A DNA stretch of 64,000 bases from Eutreptiella sp. 'Long Island Sound 2002' (GCA_964036045.1 OZ038378.1:77810001-77874000), one strand, 5' to 3'; shown: positions 1 through 13,700, numbered from the stretch's first letter. The notes: generated by a model not told the origin, from the sequence alone. Numbers and translations are program-made.

Positions 1-49
1 GACGTGTTCATGCCCTTTTCAAAGAGGGGCTCCAATGCTTCCGATGCGT

Positions 50-172
50 TGTAGGGTGTGTGACTTCCTGCAAGGGGATGTTATGCGGCCCTACAAGTCA
101 TGTATGTATTGGGTGCATGATGCATGCGCTATCGCCGTGTCTCATCAGATCGCATGGGTATGCAAGACTTGC
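50..172 (+). CDS. PHD-finger-like domain (degenerate), probably the end of a transposon-associated ORF entering from upstream
   Basis: CRVC-x10-YKSC-MYWVH-DAC-x9-WVCKTC follows C4-H-C3 PHD spacing with the conserved W-x-H and W-x-C-x2-C; the third Cys is replaced by Tyr (TAC). Confidence 0.55.
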
Positions 173-869
173 ATCCCAAAGCCCCGGCAACTAGCTCCAC
201 CGGGAAAGAAGAAAACTCGGAGGCATTTTAATCCTCAATCGCAAGTTGGCAGGCCGTGGTTGAGGTTTGGCAACACAGTGATTTGGTGTTTTCGTCTTAG
301 GAGGCCGTAATTGCCCGCCCTGGCAACCCTCAAGAAGTCCAATTTGTTACCCCGAGCTGCGGTGTTTTTTTAGGGTATGAAATGCAGGGGGGAGCGAGTC
401 ACTGTTTTAGTTTGTGTTTTAAAAGCCATTTGTTCAACCATACCAATTGTCCCATTCCGAACAGTCAATTTCAACAACCAAGTCAGCCAAATTCTAAAAA
501 AGAAACGAAATTTCACCACTCCTTTGAAATTGGCCGATATCATACCCTTTTTTCATGTTTTTTTCTCTCACTAGACGCGAAATTTCGTCACTCCTTCATT
601 ATTTGATGCATGAATGGCCTTATTGTGTATTTGCATTTGTGTACGTTAATTTTATTTTATTTGTACCGGAATTTGTGTCTTTAATGAATTTTATGAACAT
701 TCCGACAATCTTGGTCTGCAGTATGTTCCCTGTTCTGAGGCAAATATGTGAATATTTGCTGTGTGGTGACCACAGGACATGGATCGGGCACTGCTAAGTG
801 TCGTTGTGGCAAGTCGTTAATTTCATAATTTTGATGACCTCATGATGGATGTTGCCAGTGGGGGCTTTG

Positions 870-2873
870 CAAGGTAATTGGCTGTCTGGGCCCTGGCAAT
901 GCGAACAAATCGACGCTCACGGAAGGATCTTACACAGTTGTTGTTTGCCCACGGAATGCGGAAGAAGCCCCGTTGGTACACTGTGTTCTCAAATCAATTG
1001 ATACCCTTGTGGTGACTTCTCATGAAGATTGCAACCCCTAATGAACAATCCCAAGATGCACCAATGCCTATTTCATTGAGCCGGAGCACGCGCCGATTGT
1101 TGGCTCCCACACGACTTGTGCTTGCAGCTATACCGCCACTTACGGCCAATGCACGTCAACAAGCAACTTGGCTTTGGCAAGCATGCAGAACCACCAGATG
1201 GCGCTCTGGTACGACAACTGGGTGAAGAAGAAGCATGGGTGGACCCACTGCATCCTTACCGCTCCATGAATTGCACAGGTGGGGCCATGTTACATTTGCC
1301 AGCGCCACCAACATTTCCGGGTCATGTCTCACTAATTCATGCCGTCTAGACGATCGGGGCACGTGTTGATGCTTTGCAACTGCGTCACTCTGATTTGTTT
1401 CGGCGGGTTGATGCTCTTGCTCACATGATTCAACGTACCTTTGTTAGAGTTCCCCTGGACATTGTTCGGCAAAATGTTCTATCTCTCCGTTGGCAACGAA
1501 TGATCCTCTCTCAACTACGGTGTGGAACCAAACTGGATCACTTGAACCTTCTAAATACAATTCGGCATGTGCAGCAGGCAACCCGGCATGATTTGCCTTT
1601 GTGGTTGGATATGAAGATTCACTATGAGCTCTTGAAATACCTATATAGGCACAATCACACTTCATGGAACTTCCAGTTGCACTGGTCAAGCCTCCCCCTC
1701 ATCTACGGGTTTTGGCACCCGTACAAGCATATGATCACTCTACCGCAACTTTATGCCCATTATCTGTCTGATCAAGAGAGTACACACCGATCTCAAGGCA
1801 GGGGATGCGGTACCAACAAAGGTGAAGCTCCTCCATATGGAGAAGACAATACAGGCGATGTGTCTAAATATTGGCACTTGCGTACGAAGAGTTCAAGCTA
1901 AACTTGATGCATTTGCTGTGGCGGCGCAGAAAAGACCGCTGACGGATATGCAGGCTAAAAGCAACGAGCTTTGGGGTTGAAGATGTTGTTGAAGGAGTAT
2001 TGCGCAGCTGCATTTAGGATTTGTGTCCTGGTGAGGGACTACAATTGGCATGGTAGAGATCCCGGAAGTGGGAAGAATGACTTGGCAGCGTTGGAGTCCT
2101 GTTTGTTGGTTATGCTTTCTTTGGTGGGTGATCAATGGGAGAATGTGGAGTACATCAAGACATTTTTGGCTGCTCTGGTGACATGGCTGCATTGGCACTC
2201 TCGAACGCCTGGTGGTGTTCACAAAGAGGAATATGGGGAGGCAATGTTGAGCAGGTTGTGTGCACAGTGCCGGAGTTGGACTACCATCACATCTCTGAGT
2301 GGCACCTCCGAAAATTTTGAAACATTGAGTCACACCTTGATAGGGAGGAAGAACTTGCGGTCCTCACTGACGGAGAAGTGTGTGATGCAGTATGGGTCCA
2401 ATTTGAGGAATTTTGTTCTTGGTGTGTCCGTTACATCGTTGCCCAATGTGCAATGGAAGCCTCCACCCCTTTGGGTTGTAGAAGCAGTTGTGTTGGGTAC
2501 TGGAGATGCCCTTCGTTTTCCCGGAACGTTTGCGGTGGTTCCACCACGTAGCTTTCTTTTCAGTGTCTTCCACAAATATATTAGGCCCCTGCTTCGTAAA
2601 ACCCCCCCACGCGATGACCTTCTTATACTTCTACAGCAAACGGTGCCTCCGGCAATGACTGCAGGGCAACGGAATGTGGATATCCAAACAGTCATGCAAA
2701 TTACCCGTGCGCCTAAGCCCGAACCCAAACCAAAACCCAAACCAGGGAAACCCGTTGCAAAATCAGCCCCCCCCCCCCCTCCCAAGACAAGGTGCACCCA
2801 TCGCAAAACGTGCCCCCAAGAATCCAAAACCGGCAGCCAAACGTTGCCCACAGCAACCAGTAGCGCAAAATAG
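870..2873 (+). mobile_element. Decayed unclassified DDE-like transposase, copy 1
   Basis: Across stops and frameshifts: LWYDNW (D at 1213), LPLWLDMKIHYELLKYLY (D at 1608), LIYGFWHPYKH (1704-1730), MEKTIQAMCL, LVRDYNW, EEYGEAMLSRL (E at 2238). The same motifs appear in the same order at 8.3-9.8 kb and 57.0-58.6 kb. Confidence 0.6.
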
Positions 2874-3145
2874 GGTTCAGCATCGAAATGGGGGGGGCAG
2901 CCAGTTGCGGATATGCGAGCGATGACGAGGACGATGGCCCTGGAGTGGCCTTTTGCAGTCCACAATGACATTGATGATAGTAGTGTGTCGGATGATGACG
3001 ACATAGTAGCAGAATCAGTAAAACTGCAGAATGCACCTTAAATCACACATCATGATATTGTCAGCAAAAGATAGTACATCAAATCAACAAAGTCGGGAGC
3101 ACATGCAAAAATGAATAGCACATTGTTGGTAGGATTGACAACCGC

Positions 3146-3765
3146 ATAACAATACGTGGTCTTATCCTACAATGTCCCGCGGGTGGATGTGCACCGCGTG
3201 CATGGGCAAATCAGGAAGGTTAGCGAAACCAGACTCAAGCTGCGGCTGGAGGATTTGGCAAGGGTACCTTCCGCAGGGATCATCAAAGGATTACTGGTCT
3301 GGCCTAACAATTGTATGTTGTTGCACGTGCACCTACACGCCTATCGTTTGTGTGCTCTCCCGAGGACCAATTTCTTATCTGATATTGCTGCAGTGGGCAA
3401 TTTCTGGATCATTGTTGGTCAGCATGTGTTTTGTGCGGCAAGGACTGGCAGCAACGTAACAATACGTGGTGTTATCCTACAAAGTCGTGCAGGTGGATGT
3501 GAACCACATGCATGGGCAAATCCCGAAGGTTAGCCAGACCAGACTGAAGCTGCGGTTGGAGGATTTGGCAAGGGTGCCTCCCGCAGGGATCATCAAAGGA
3601 ATACTGGTCTAGCCTAACAATTGTATGTCGCTGCACGTGGACCTACCCGTTTATCGTTTGTTTGTTGTCCCGGGGATCAATTTGTTTTTTGCTATTGCTG
3701 CAGTGGGTAGTTTCTGATTCATTGGTGGTTAGCATGTGTTTTATGCGGCCAGGAGACTAGCAAGT
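3146..3765 (+). repeat. Tandem duplication of a 310-bp coding-like unit
   Basis: aatacgtggt...ttatcctac starts at 3151 and again at 3461. Both units encode VVLSY.V..VDV...HGQI.KVS.TRLKLRLEDLARVP.AGIIKG.LV; the second unit has three premature stops. Confidence 0.9.
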
Positions 3766-5896
3766 GAACCTGAGAAAAAGAATCTGGACCCTTTGAGATG
3801 GCAGCTGGAGTTTGAGTGTATGGTTCTGAACTGGGATACTCCTTTGCGCCACAGGAGACACTTGGCCGTCCACCAGCAGACCGCAGAGGTGTTGGGCACA
3901 AGAGCATGCATGAATGAAAGGGCAATGCTGCTGATGGAGAACTTGGAGGAGCCTGAAAATGCTGATCTCAGTCTCATGGATGTGTGCCGCCAAATGTTGG
4001 AGGATGCGGGACGAACAGCTGACAAGGGAAGCCTGGTGTTTGAATGTTGCTCTAATGAGCATCATTGTCCTAGGCCCTAAAGGCCTTGGTTGTATACACT
4101 ATAGGATTCTGTGGCACGACGCTGGCTACCTTTGGCTAGAAAAATTGAGGCGAATGGCTATACAGCAATTGATGGAATACGCAATTTCGAGCAAAGGAGG
4201 ATCCCCTTGGCACTTGGGTCATTCAAACAATTGGAGGGGCTCATTCGACCATACCTGGGATAGTGTGCCAAATACATGGAGACTCCACGAGCTACTGTTG
4301 CAGGACTGGCTAAAGCGGCACGTGAATGCCAAAGGGAGATGTGATGGGGCTGAATTGTTATGCATCCCGACTGTCCAGGGCAGTTGGTTCACCCATCTCG
4401 CAATATGTTGTGCAGGCATTCTCAAATGCACTATGAAATCATCGAATTCTGTTGATAGTGGCGAAATTTCACGTGTCCTTTACCAACATGGTATGGACAC
4501 CCGCTTTTCTTTCGTAATAGGAAATACATCCCACATTGCTACGTTACATCGTCATATCAAGGCGATTGGTGCATTGAAGTTCCGCTATACATATGGGTGT
4601 ATATTGATGGCTTGCCTATGCCTCCCTGGGACTTTGTGTGCAACGCCGAATTTTGGACATCCTCAAAATATGTAGGCTTCAAGAGCCACCTGGCCACACC
4701 TCGTAATTCTTTTGACATTGCTAGCTCTGAAGGGAATGTGGTTTACTTGAAGACAATTTCTGGTTCTGGTGCATGTGGTACTGGTGGTGAGTCCCCCTTT
4801 CAGCTTTGTCTTCTGAATCCTATGACCAATTTGAATGCTACTGTCATTGGGTTGCCGTTCATATGTGCTGTCGTTGAGGTTCCAAATCGCTGGTCCATGG
4901 GTCTACCACCTAATGCTTTGAGACACTTTTCAATGGGGAAACCAGTGATGGTTGCTGGTGAATTGGCGGACGTTCTAATCATCATGAGGCAGCTGCAGAA
5001 TGACCTGGTTGAGGAGGGAGTGAATCGAGTGAGTGTCACGGTGTACAACACTGGCAGCCGCAGTCCGAATTTCACTATGATGCAATCACTGATGACGATT
5101 GTCACGTTGACTCCAATTCCAAGGAAGGTAAATTGCACCTTGTGAACTGTACCCCAAAAAAGGGAAATCTCACAATAGCGCGAAGTTTCGCCACTCCCCT
5201 CATTTCGTCCAATTTGTACTATCTGTTTAGCTGCCAATGTACATTACGTTCAGCGAAGGCCCACTACCCAGTATCCTATGTCCTGAGGCTATTCAATGGG
5301 TGGTGGAGGTTCTGAAAGTCCCTATGAATCATACAATTTGGGTGATGGTGGGGTCCCACTCCCCATATCAGGCTCTTGAGTTGCACATTCGTCTCAAGTC
5401 GGAAGTTTTGGTTGTATTTGGTTTGCTCAAAGCTGCGGTTGATGAACTACCGAAGGAAACTATTGAGCTCGCAACTGGTACTTTAACAGAGCCTGACTCT
5501 CTGGCCCCAATCTACTGGGAGTTTGCGTTGCCGCAACTGGACAAGGGTGTGCCCGTTGACAGGGCTAGAATGGCTTATGTACCTGATGACCCTGACGAAC
5601 AGGTTTGCATGGATAGTATGCCGGATGTGTATGCCGAGCCCAAGGGAACCCCAAAGCCGAAGGCATCTAAGCCAGAGCCCAAGAAGGGGACTGCCAGCAA
5701 TCCCCTTGGTGTCGATGCAGGTAAGGTACGGAACCCCAAGCAACGCCTACGAAAAGGGCTCGATCACCCTCTTTTGAGGCTCCAGCGGCGTAGGATGATG
5801 AGGAGCAGACACAACAACACAGTAAGCAGTTGGTCACTTCACACAAAGCCAACACGCATCCACTGTTTGAGCCGAAAGTACAGTCACCGTCACTAG
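3456..5896 (+). pseudogene. Long decayed, spliced ORF of unknown function (possible second ORF of the adjacent transposon)
   Basis: ORF pieces 3736-4080, 3959-4675, 4597-5145 and 5237-5896 are consecutive. A phase-0 GT-AG intron at 5128-5230 (AAG|gtaaat...tgtttag|CTG) joins PIPRK to LPMYITF in frame. No domain recognised. Confidence 0.45.
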
Positions 5897-6161
5897 AGGG
5901 ATTGGAGAACTTTGCGAATTTGGTGAGTGCTCGGACGGCACCAGCAGCCCGGCCACAGCCGCAACCTAAGAACGGACCGCATTTGGGGAACAAACCACGA
6001 TGGTGATTTAGTGATAAATCCTATGATGACACATTGGTGACTACCGAACTAACACTTAGGAGGCCCAAAGTGCCCCCTATCTTTTTAGCGAAAAAACGCG
6101 TGATTGGTTGTGTTTGGCATGTGCTAAAATAGGGGTGCAAATTTGCATTTTTGCATCGCGC

Positions 6162-6627
6162 TAGGCTCTGCAGAGCCTAAACCGGTTGTGTAAGTCATTT
6201 TAGGCCCCAATGTTACACATCTTAGATCTTTGGGCTCTGCAGAGCCCAGGGTGCAAGTTATTCCCTTCGTGCCTACCCCCGTTACAACAGTTGGCTCATG
6301 TATACAGTGGTCAAGTGGCCGCGCGACATGGCGCTAGGTGAACTGGTATACTTTTCCTGACGCTTTAACATAGTCAGCCTGAACATTGTCCCCGACTCGG
6401 TGAGGAGGAACCGTAATCAAGGATACAACTCCTACATACATGACCGGTGGGCAATGATCAAAGAATCGTGCCACACCAGGCACCACATCATCTAGATGGC
6501 AACACCAAAACAACTCCTATATTAGGGTCTTCCAACAACCGGGGCTTCGCAGAGCCCAACATTCCTAAACTTGGTACTTAAGGGGTGCTTATTAGGGTTT
6601 CCCTGTTGGCTTGGCTCCGCAGAGCCC
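6162..6627. repeat. Two pairs of the GGGCTCTGCAGAGCCC palindrome
   Basis: taggctctgcagagccta (6162-6179) with tgggctctgcagagccca (6231-6248), centres 69 bp apart; gggcttcgcagagccc (6542-6557) with ggctccgcagagccc (from 6613), centres 70 bp apart. Confidence 0.85.
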
Positions 6628-8329
6628 ATACGTTCACAATGTCCCGTTTTGCCCCCTTTTGTGTGACGTAATAGCGCTATGAAACTTTGAACCTTATTCT
6701 GCATGTGGTCTGCTAATATATTTTTCTATGCCTTTCTGCTGCGTTCCTCTTGTATCGTGTTTTACAATGGTGCCACCGTGGTATTGCGTAAGTATAACAG
6801 TCAGTAGCCATTGAGGAGTACTATACAACAAACCTTAGACTGTTTGCATGGAGGTGTAGTCCAAGCTTGGTGAAGTGGCGTTTCTATTGTTGTGGTGTGT
6901 TTGATTCTATGCGAGTTTCACGACACATTGTGTAGAACAAACCCTAATCTATTGCAGTGGACTTTTATGCGTCCTGTGCAGTGCTTTTACATTTACTATC
7001 TGGTCATATGTCCCATATATTAAGTACATGGAACATGCCAACTTCTTTTTACAACAGCCAGGGCTGATTTTCCACATCGTAGACGTACGGAGGTGGATGT
7101 ACAGGGTGCCGGCCAGGATACCGAAGGAGATGAGATTGTAGGACTTGTACCCTTACCGGTCTCATGGACCCATGAAACAGCACCGCGTGTTGCAGCTATG
7201 CTCGCCTTGCAAGAGGCGATTATGTTTACGGGCCAGCACCCCCATCCCCACCAGAGGCCTCCCTCAATGATCCATTGACTCCAAAGACCATGGTGTTGCT
7301 GAGGGACAACACTGGTGACGAGGCACGAGGGTTCGTGCAGTACATCTGGGGGTTTCGTGCACGGTTCCGTTTTGCACTGCGGAACCCGATGCGCAACCCC
7401 CTCATCACATGGCAATAAGGGGATCGGATATGCCGATCCCATTTTCTGTCTCGCAGCGAGTAGCAGGCTGCATTGATCCCGGATGCCCTTAATCCAGAAT
7501 CACGTCCCCCTGTTGAGTCGTCTTCCCATCCCCGTATCCCACCTCCTCGGCCACTTCCTCCCGCAGATGCCCAGCGACCCACACTTACACAGATTAATCG
7601 GCACAACTCCGATCGCCGGCACATACGGTCCCTTCCACCACCTGTGGAAGCAGCCTGAACCGGTGGGCAGTCAAAGTACAGCCTGTTGCCACGAGTGCCT
7701 GTACCACATAGAAGCATGCCCCCTGCCTTGAGTCGCACTTCAATGACGTCCTTTGGTAGGCGTTTAGTTAGCGCTCCGGTGCCCCTGTCTGATAATTGGC
7801 TACCCCAAAGGACTTCCCTCCTACACCCCCATGGCGCACTTCTCTGTTGCCCACTGCCGCTGTTGCGGACAACCGACATGCCCCAAGGTACTCACTGTGG
7901 CCACATTTGTATGTAGGATTGTTGCCGGGTGTCGCTCCATCTGCGTCCCCACAACCATCTACTGTCCCAGTAAAGAGACATGGTCAGTATGGGTCACGGT
8001 GATCATTACTACATGATATGCCACCCCAAATACCGGAAAACTATGTGATTGATGAAGGGTTTGGCCTAGTTCTGACACGTGTGTTATGCACCCCATAATT
8101 ATCACTTTTTGGGACCTTGTGCTCTGCAGAGCCCGGCCAGCGCCAAATGCTACTTTTACCCCTTCTCGGTTACTTGCTCCTGGCTCGTGGCTCCCTGTGT
8201 CCCCTTTGTCTATTACATGGCCCGCCATCACTAATTTCCGGATGCTGGGCTTTGCAGAGCTCTAGTTTTTTCAACAACCCAATTTCATGTCTTCTGTGCA
8301 TGCTACGCGCAATGCAAGCTCGTACTTCT

Positions 8330-9790
8330 CTTACCTCACGTGTGCATTCAGCTCCCACTATGCACCGTATGTGCTATTCTACGCCTATTGCTAGTGTCAT
8401 GTTCCAGTTACCACATTTACCTGTTGTGCCACCTAGACTGTCTTCTCACTATGGCACCCGTTTCTATGGCGTTGCACGTCACGTACATGTGGTCTCTTCG
8501 TAAGAACGAATGGCGCACTGGTCGCCAAATGATATTGTCGGCTGTGCGCCCAGTGTGGCGAAGGAATTCATACTTTTTTGTGCGGGTCAACGTGTCAACA
8601 AGCGGTCCCGCATTGCGCTTGACCGTCCTCGCAAGGCGTTCGCACGAATACAATGGCCGCGTCGGCCAACCAATTGTTCCAAGCAGGCGTTTTATGTATG
8701 GTTGGGTATGCGTCCCATGGCCTTGCCACAAGCGGCCGTCCCCATTGGTGAGAACACCATTGCTGTCATGCGGGCAGACGGCCACAAGCTGGTGCACGCA
8801 GGTCGCATCAAGCAATCCCGGCTGTCTATTGCAGACCAGGGGGCATTGCAGCTCCGCAAAGTGTGGCGTAGCATTGTTCGCCGTGGTATTCTGGTGTCGG
8901 TGGACAGCTGGTGGCATGCCCAGTTATGCTCCAATCCAGTGAAACCCAATGTCTATCTAGATATCACCGCAATAGTGGTGTTGCACACAACCCCCCTTCC
9001 CCTTTTTCTTGGTCATCCGAGTCTGCATGACCTAGCGGACTAGGTTGACACAGTGGCCATGGCAGTTGTTCGACGGCACAAAGAAATGTTGAAGGTGTGC
9101 ATTGATATGTGCAATGCACCCATTTCTCAGAGAACCATCCGTGACCCCCTCGATATTGCACGGGAGGCTGGTAGACTGCAACTCTTTTGGAAGCCATTTG
9201 GCATATATGGGTCCCGTACAAGTCAGAACCAAGAGCTCTTGGATCTCCTTGATATGCTACACAATACCGAACGGCATTGTCACAACCCGATGGCATTGCT
9301 CATTGATTGCAACATCCACTACCAGGTGCTCAAATTTTTGTACTATAGAGCAACCATTGACTGGAATTTTCCGGATCGGTTGCAGGGAAATCTCGTTGAT
9401 TTACGGCGTGTGGCACCCCTATAAACATGTTTGCATTATCATCTGGCGTAAACTCTTTTCTCTGCTTTCGTGTATCGCCGCTCCCGTGTTTGGGGCCGGT
9501 GCGCGCGCATATGACCACCCGAAACCCATTGTCATAGAGAAAACTATCGATGCACTCCTTCTCGCAGCCCCAGACATACGGGCACAACTTAGGCAGAAAC
9601 TTACCCTATTTGAGGGACGCGCCCACCAAGCAGTCCTAAATACACAGGATGGGTTGCGTAGGCTTCGGTTCCTAGAATCCCTCCTTAATTTTTACCTCCC
9701 ATCCATCTTCGTAGTGGGATACTTAGTGCGTAATTTCACTTAGGCCGGGCACGCTAACGCCCGTACCAGCTCAAGAGGTTGCCTCTAGCT
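8330..9790 (+). mobile_element. Decayed unclassified DDE-like transposase, copy 2 (C-terminally truncated)
   Basis: VSVDSWW (D at 8903), GHPSL, IRDPLDIAR, MALLIDCNIHYQVLKFLY (D at 9305), LIYGVWHPYKH (from 9402), IEKTIDALLL and GYLVRNFT* are colinear with copy 1. The E-containing segment was not found. Confidence 0.6.
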
Positions 9791-10414
9791 ATTTTTCAGC
9801 TTAGCGGAAACATAGCACACAAAAATTGGCGAACAGCAACATGCACCAAATTAGGTCACCCATGGACCTCCCATCCCAAGGTGAGGATACATGGCGACGT
9901 ACCCTATTGAAGTAGGGTTTTTGTACCCTTTGCAAATCGCCCTTCACATTGGAGATGGGGCACACACAACACCGGAGGTGGAATCAGGGGGAGAAGAAGT
10001 TAAAGATCACTTTGGTCAAAAAGAGGAAAAGTCGTCCGAAAAGTCGTCACCCCAAAAATTGCATCTCCTTATCCCAAGAGATATGGATTTTGGGCTTTTG
10101 AACGAAGCTGCCCAAAGCCTCAAGTCCCATTAGCAACAAAGGTTGGGGTTCAAAGCATTGGGAAAGGATGTTTAACACCTGAACTCTTGGAGCACATGAA
10201 ATATGGGAAAATGTGCCAAAATGCCAATGTTGGGACATATATACCAACGGGGTGCTAAGGCTTGAATAATATGGCACATAGCTAAATTGAAGGACCCATA
10301 GTAACTATAGTTACTATGGGTCAAGTCTTCCCTTGGTTCCCATGTCAATCGTGCATGCACATGGGCGCGTGTGCAAAATGGAAATATTGCACACGTGCTC
10401 ACAAGTGAATTTGA

Positions 10415-10920
10415 CCTGATAGATTCAGATTGATCGCGCGGGGTGGCAATGCATACACCCCCTCCCCCCAGACAACCCAGTTTGATGTGTACACCCCTGT
10501 TATTGTTCTATGCAAACGTTTGGGCTACGCAGAGCCAAGCTTTGCCCGCCACCGAGTTTTCAGGGTTTGTAATACTAGCTAGTTCTTGCCACTCCGGGCC
10601 CTGCAGAGCCCAACCTGTTACTGCCCGATATGTACCCCAATGTGGTCATTTCCTCTTGCTTTCTTAGGGCTTTGACGTGATAGACACAGATTGATCATGC
10701 GGGGTGGGTGGCAATGCACCCCCTCCCCCCTAGACAGGCCAATTTGATATGTACACCCCTGGTATTGCTGTACCCCAAACGTCTGGGCTCTGCAGAACCT
10801 ACCTTTTCCGACTTTGAACTTTGAGGGGTTTTATTACTGGTTCTTGTTACTCCTGAGCCTCTAGAGCCCGGTCTGTCACCACTGCCCGATATATACCCCC
10901 ATCTGGTCATTTTCTTTTCC
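10415..10920 (+). repeat. Tandem duplication of about 261 bp, each unit carrying a palindrome pair
   Basis: cagattgatc at 10426 and 10687, each followed by matching gggtggcaatgca...tttgat.tgtacacccct; palindrome centres at 10529/10603 and 10792/10862. Confidence 0.85.
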
Positions 10921-11689
10921 TCTCTTAGCGCTGGGGCAGTCGTGGACCATGCCATCACCGTACTCTGATTGTGCACACATCTCCATGCTGTCGTATTGTA
11001 GTTCCCACCCGCTGCGTCAGGCTGTGTGACCCTCGAAGAGGTGTGCCTGGCACTGCTGACTGATACACTGTTACGATGACTGAAGGTAAATTGCCACAAG
11101 CATGTTTGGCTTTGGTGCTGCAGGCCATTTGGACAGGCCCAATTTTGCTTTTGCTCTATACCCGTGTCTACGAGGGACATTTTGGTGGGCCTCTTTGATG
11201 CTGTGACCATCAGCGTGCCCTGCACGTTGTATTTGACATGCCTCTGTAGTGATTACCTCATTTGGAGACAGCTTAGCCTATTTCAATCACTGTGGGTGCC
11301 AATTTGAATTCTTTGATCCGACTAATTTGCTGTCCAAATTTGCCATTTGCCATAATTGATGCTTTGAACTGCGTGATTGTTGTGCTGCTTCTATTCACCT
11401 AATTTGTCTTGTAAAGTCATTGGGTTTCTGGAACATCTGTGACATACCAAAGGACATTGCCATGGATGGCAACACTGGTGAGACACCAGCGATGGACACG
11501 CTGGAAGCCGAGAAAGTGGGTGCACCGCAGTCAGATCCCTCCTTAGAGGAAGCTGTACAGAGCAGCACTGTTGCTAGGACCAGCCAGCGCAGTCAATCCC
11601 CCGCGCAAGTGGGGAACAAGGGTCGTGTTGCAAGGAAGATGGGTAGCATCAAGGACTCCACAAGCGTACTGCCCATTCAAAACTAAGTG

Positions 11690-12547
11690 GAGGTGAGGAG
11701 AGCGAAGGTGCCGCGCAAGGAACCGAAGATTGACAGGTGCATGGAGTATGGCAAATCCAGGCTCATCGTTGGGACCATGTGGCAGAGGTAAAGGAGGACC
11801 TACTGGCAAACCCACCCGATGGCCGACTGCAGCTTCTGGTCTGGGTTTGGTCTTGGACGACAAAGGTATGGGAATTTTGCGACGCGATTCAATTAACGTA
11901 ACCGGCCACTTGGCCTGCCCTGTGTGATACGCCATGCTGTTGTATTCAGTTGGAGCCCTGTGGGTGATTGAAGGCCAACACGGCGATGCGGCGTGTGATG
12001 AAATTTGCAAGGATGTGACAGCAAGGATGGGCGAGGTCGAGGACTCGATAACCACCTTTGACGTGTGCATCATCAAGTTTGATACACCTCCGAGATCAGG
12101 CGAAACCTGGCTCGACAACATAACAGGGCGCAACACAATGGACGTGAGAGCAGTGTATCCCAACTTTTAAACAATTTCCTACGATTGGCGGCTGGGGGCA
12201 CACAATGTAAGAAGACCATTGTCACCTTGATGTGTGAGGCAATCGTAGAGGCGGGGCTGACTACGAAATCCGGCAACATGGAGACAATCTTCTTGCAAAC
12301 GAGGCCAGCTGCCCACACGGCCTTAACGTGCGGTACCACTTTCACGGACACACTCTGCAAGATGGTGGAACGCAAGCAGGTGATTGTCCTTTATGCAATG
12401 CGATGCTTTGCCCGAATGCAAACCGAAAATTTGTCGCGGGTATGTAACTACATGGCCTCGCCGAAGAGTACAGTATCGGGCTTCCAGAAGATGGCAAAGG
12501 AGCTTCCCGCTCGGCAATTGTGGCGGTCATCCCGACATGCCCGTTGA
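11690..12547 (+). pseudogene. Decayed ORF of unknown function containing LWVIEGQH (ParB/DGQHR-like motif, weak)
   Basis: ORF pieces 11730-11927, 11934-12170 and 12185-12547 follow each other with short gaps and protein-like composition. Confidence 0.3.
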
Positions 12548-12679
12548 GCGCATCCATACTTCAAGACGTACGCCGTTGCCTTGTAAACCCCCTGCCTTTT
12601 GTTGTGATTCCAATTAGTGGGCCGCTGCGACAGGGAGTGTAATGACCAAAATTCTGTGTGACACCAAGCATATTGAGTT

Positions 12680-13700
12680 TGTTGGGCTCTGCAGAGCCCG
12701 GGGTTCAATGCGGTGCAGATTGACCGGATCTAGGGAGACGATGTGCCTGTTGGAATTTCCGCATTTTCACTCCTAATGATTGGTGCCACCTTGTTTGATG
12801 ATGTGCAAGGAACCCCCCCCCCCCAAAGACACCCCAAAATTTACTCTTTTTTTTCGTGCTGGGCTCTACAGAGCCCCGGTCCGGCACAATGACCCATTTC
12901 AGCCGTGAAGGTACGAATTCGAGAGAACTGGGCTCTGCTGAGCGCAGAATCCCATGTGATGCCAATTGACCGGATGTACAGAGACGCTGTGCCCGTTGGA
13001 CCTTCGGCAAATTCACTCCTCATGATTGGTGCAACCTTGCCTGATGATGTCCAAGGATCCGCCCCCCGCCCCAAAAAGGGCCTGATTGACCATTTTGGTC
13101 ATGCTTGACTCTGTAGAGCCCAGATCCAGCACATAGACCAATTGGAGCCGTCACGTTACCAATTGGAGTGTACGGGGCCCCGCAGAGCCCAGGAACCTTG
13201 GGGTGCCAATGGAGTGGATCTACAAACACGTTGTGCCTGTTGAACTGTTGGAACATTCGCAACTTCACTCCTGATAACTGGTGCAACCTTGCCTGATGAT
13301 GTCCAACCTCCCGCCCCCCCCGGACACCCCCTAATTCACCATTTTGGTCATGCTGGGCCCTGCACAGCCTAGGTGAAGCACATTGACCAATTTTAGCCGT
13401 CATATTACCATCTGGTGAGTTCTGGGCTCTACAGAGCCCAAGACCCCCTGGGATGCCAATTGACTGGATCTACAGAGACGCTGTGCATGTTGAAGCTTCC
13501 GCGACTTCACTGTTGTCGATCGGTACAGCCTTGCCTGATGATCTCCTAGGACCCCCCCCTCCCCCGCGACACCCCCTTCATTTGCCAATTTGGTCATGCT
13601 GGGCTCTGCAAAGCGCAGATGAAGCACATTGAACAATTTTAGCCGTCCCATTACCAGTTGGACAGTACTGGGCTCTCTGCAGAGCCCAGTATCCCACGGA
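12680..13700 (+). repeat. Tandem repeat of about 247 bp (about 4 units), two palindromes per unit
   Basis: The motif (ca)tgctgggctct.cagagccc...gcaca.tgacca.tt..agccg recurs with centres at 12868, 13113, 13362 and 13608; a second palindrome lies 69-71 bp downstream each time. Confidence 0.85.

Noticed and set aside
3456-3765. RIP-like CpA-to-TpA mutation inferred from TGG>TAG, TGG>TGA and CAG>TAG stops
   Set aside because: Stop codons are inherently reached by these transitions, so they are a biased sample. A full dinucleotide-context count would be needed.
6750-6790. VFYNGATVVL followed by gtaagt as a MAP2K subdomain IV-V exon
   Set aside because: It is shorter than the FYHNGAFSLVLE pattern, has the wrong phase for the following Glu, and is 26 kb away.
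1340-9050. Near-aligned in-frame TAG codons in transposase copies 1 and 2, suggesting readthrough or a variant genetic code
   Set aside because: The stops are offset by one codon, frameshifts and TGA/TAA stops also occur, and the MAP2K exons contain no in-frame TAG. Ordinary CAG/TGG decay explains them.
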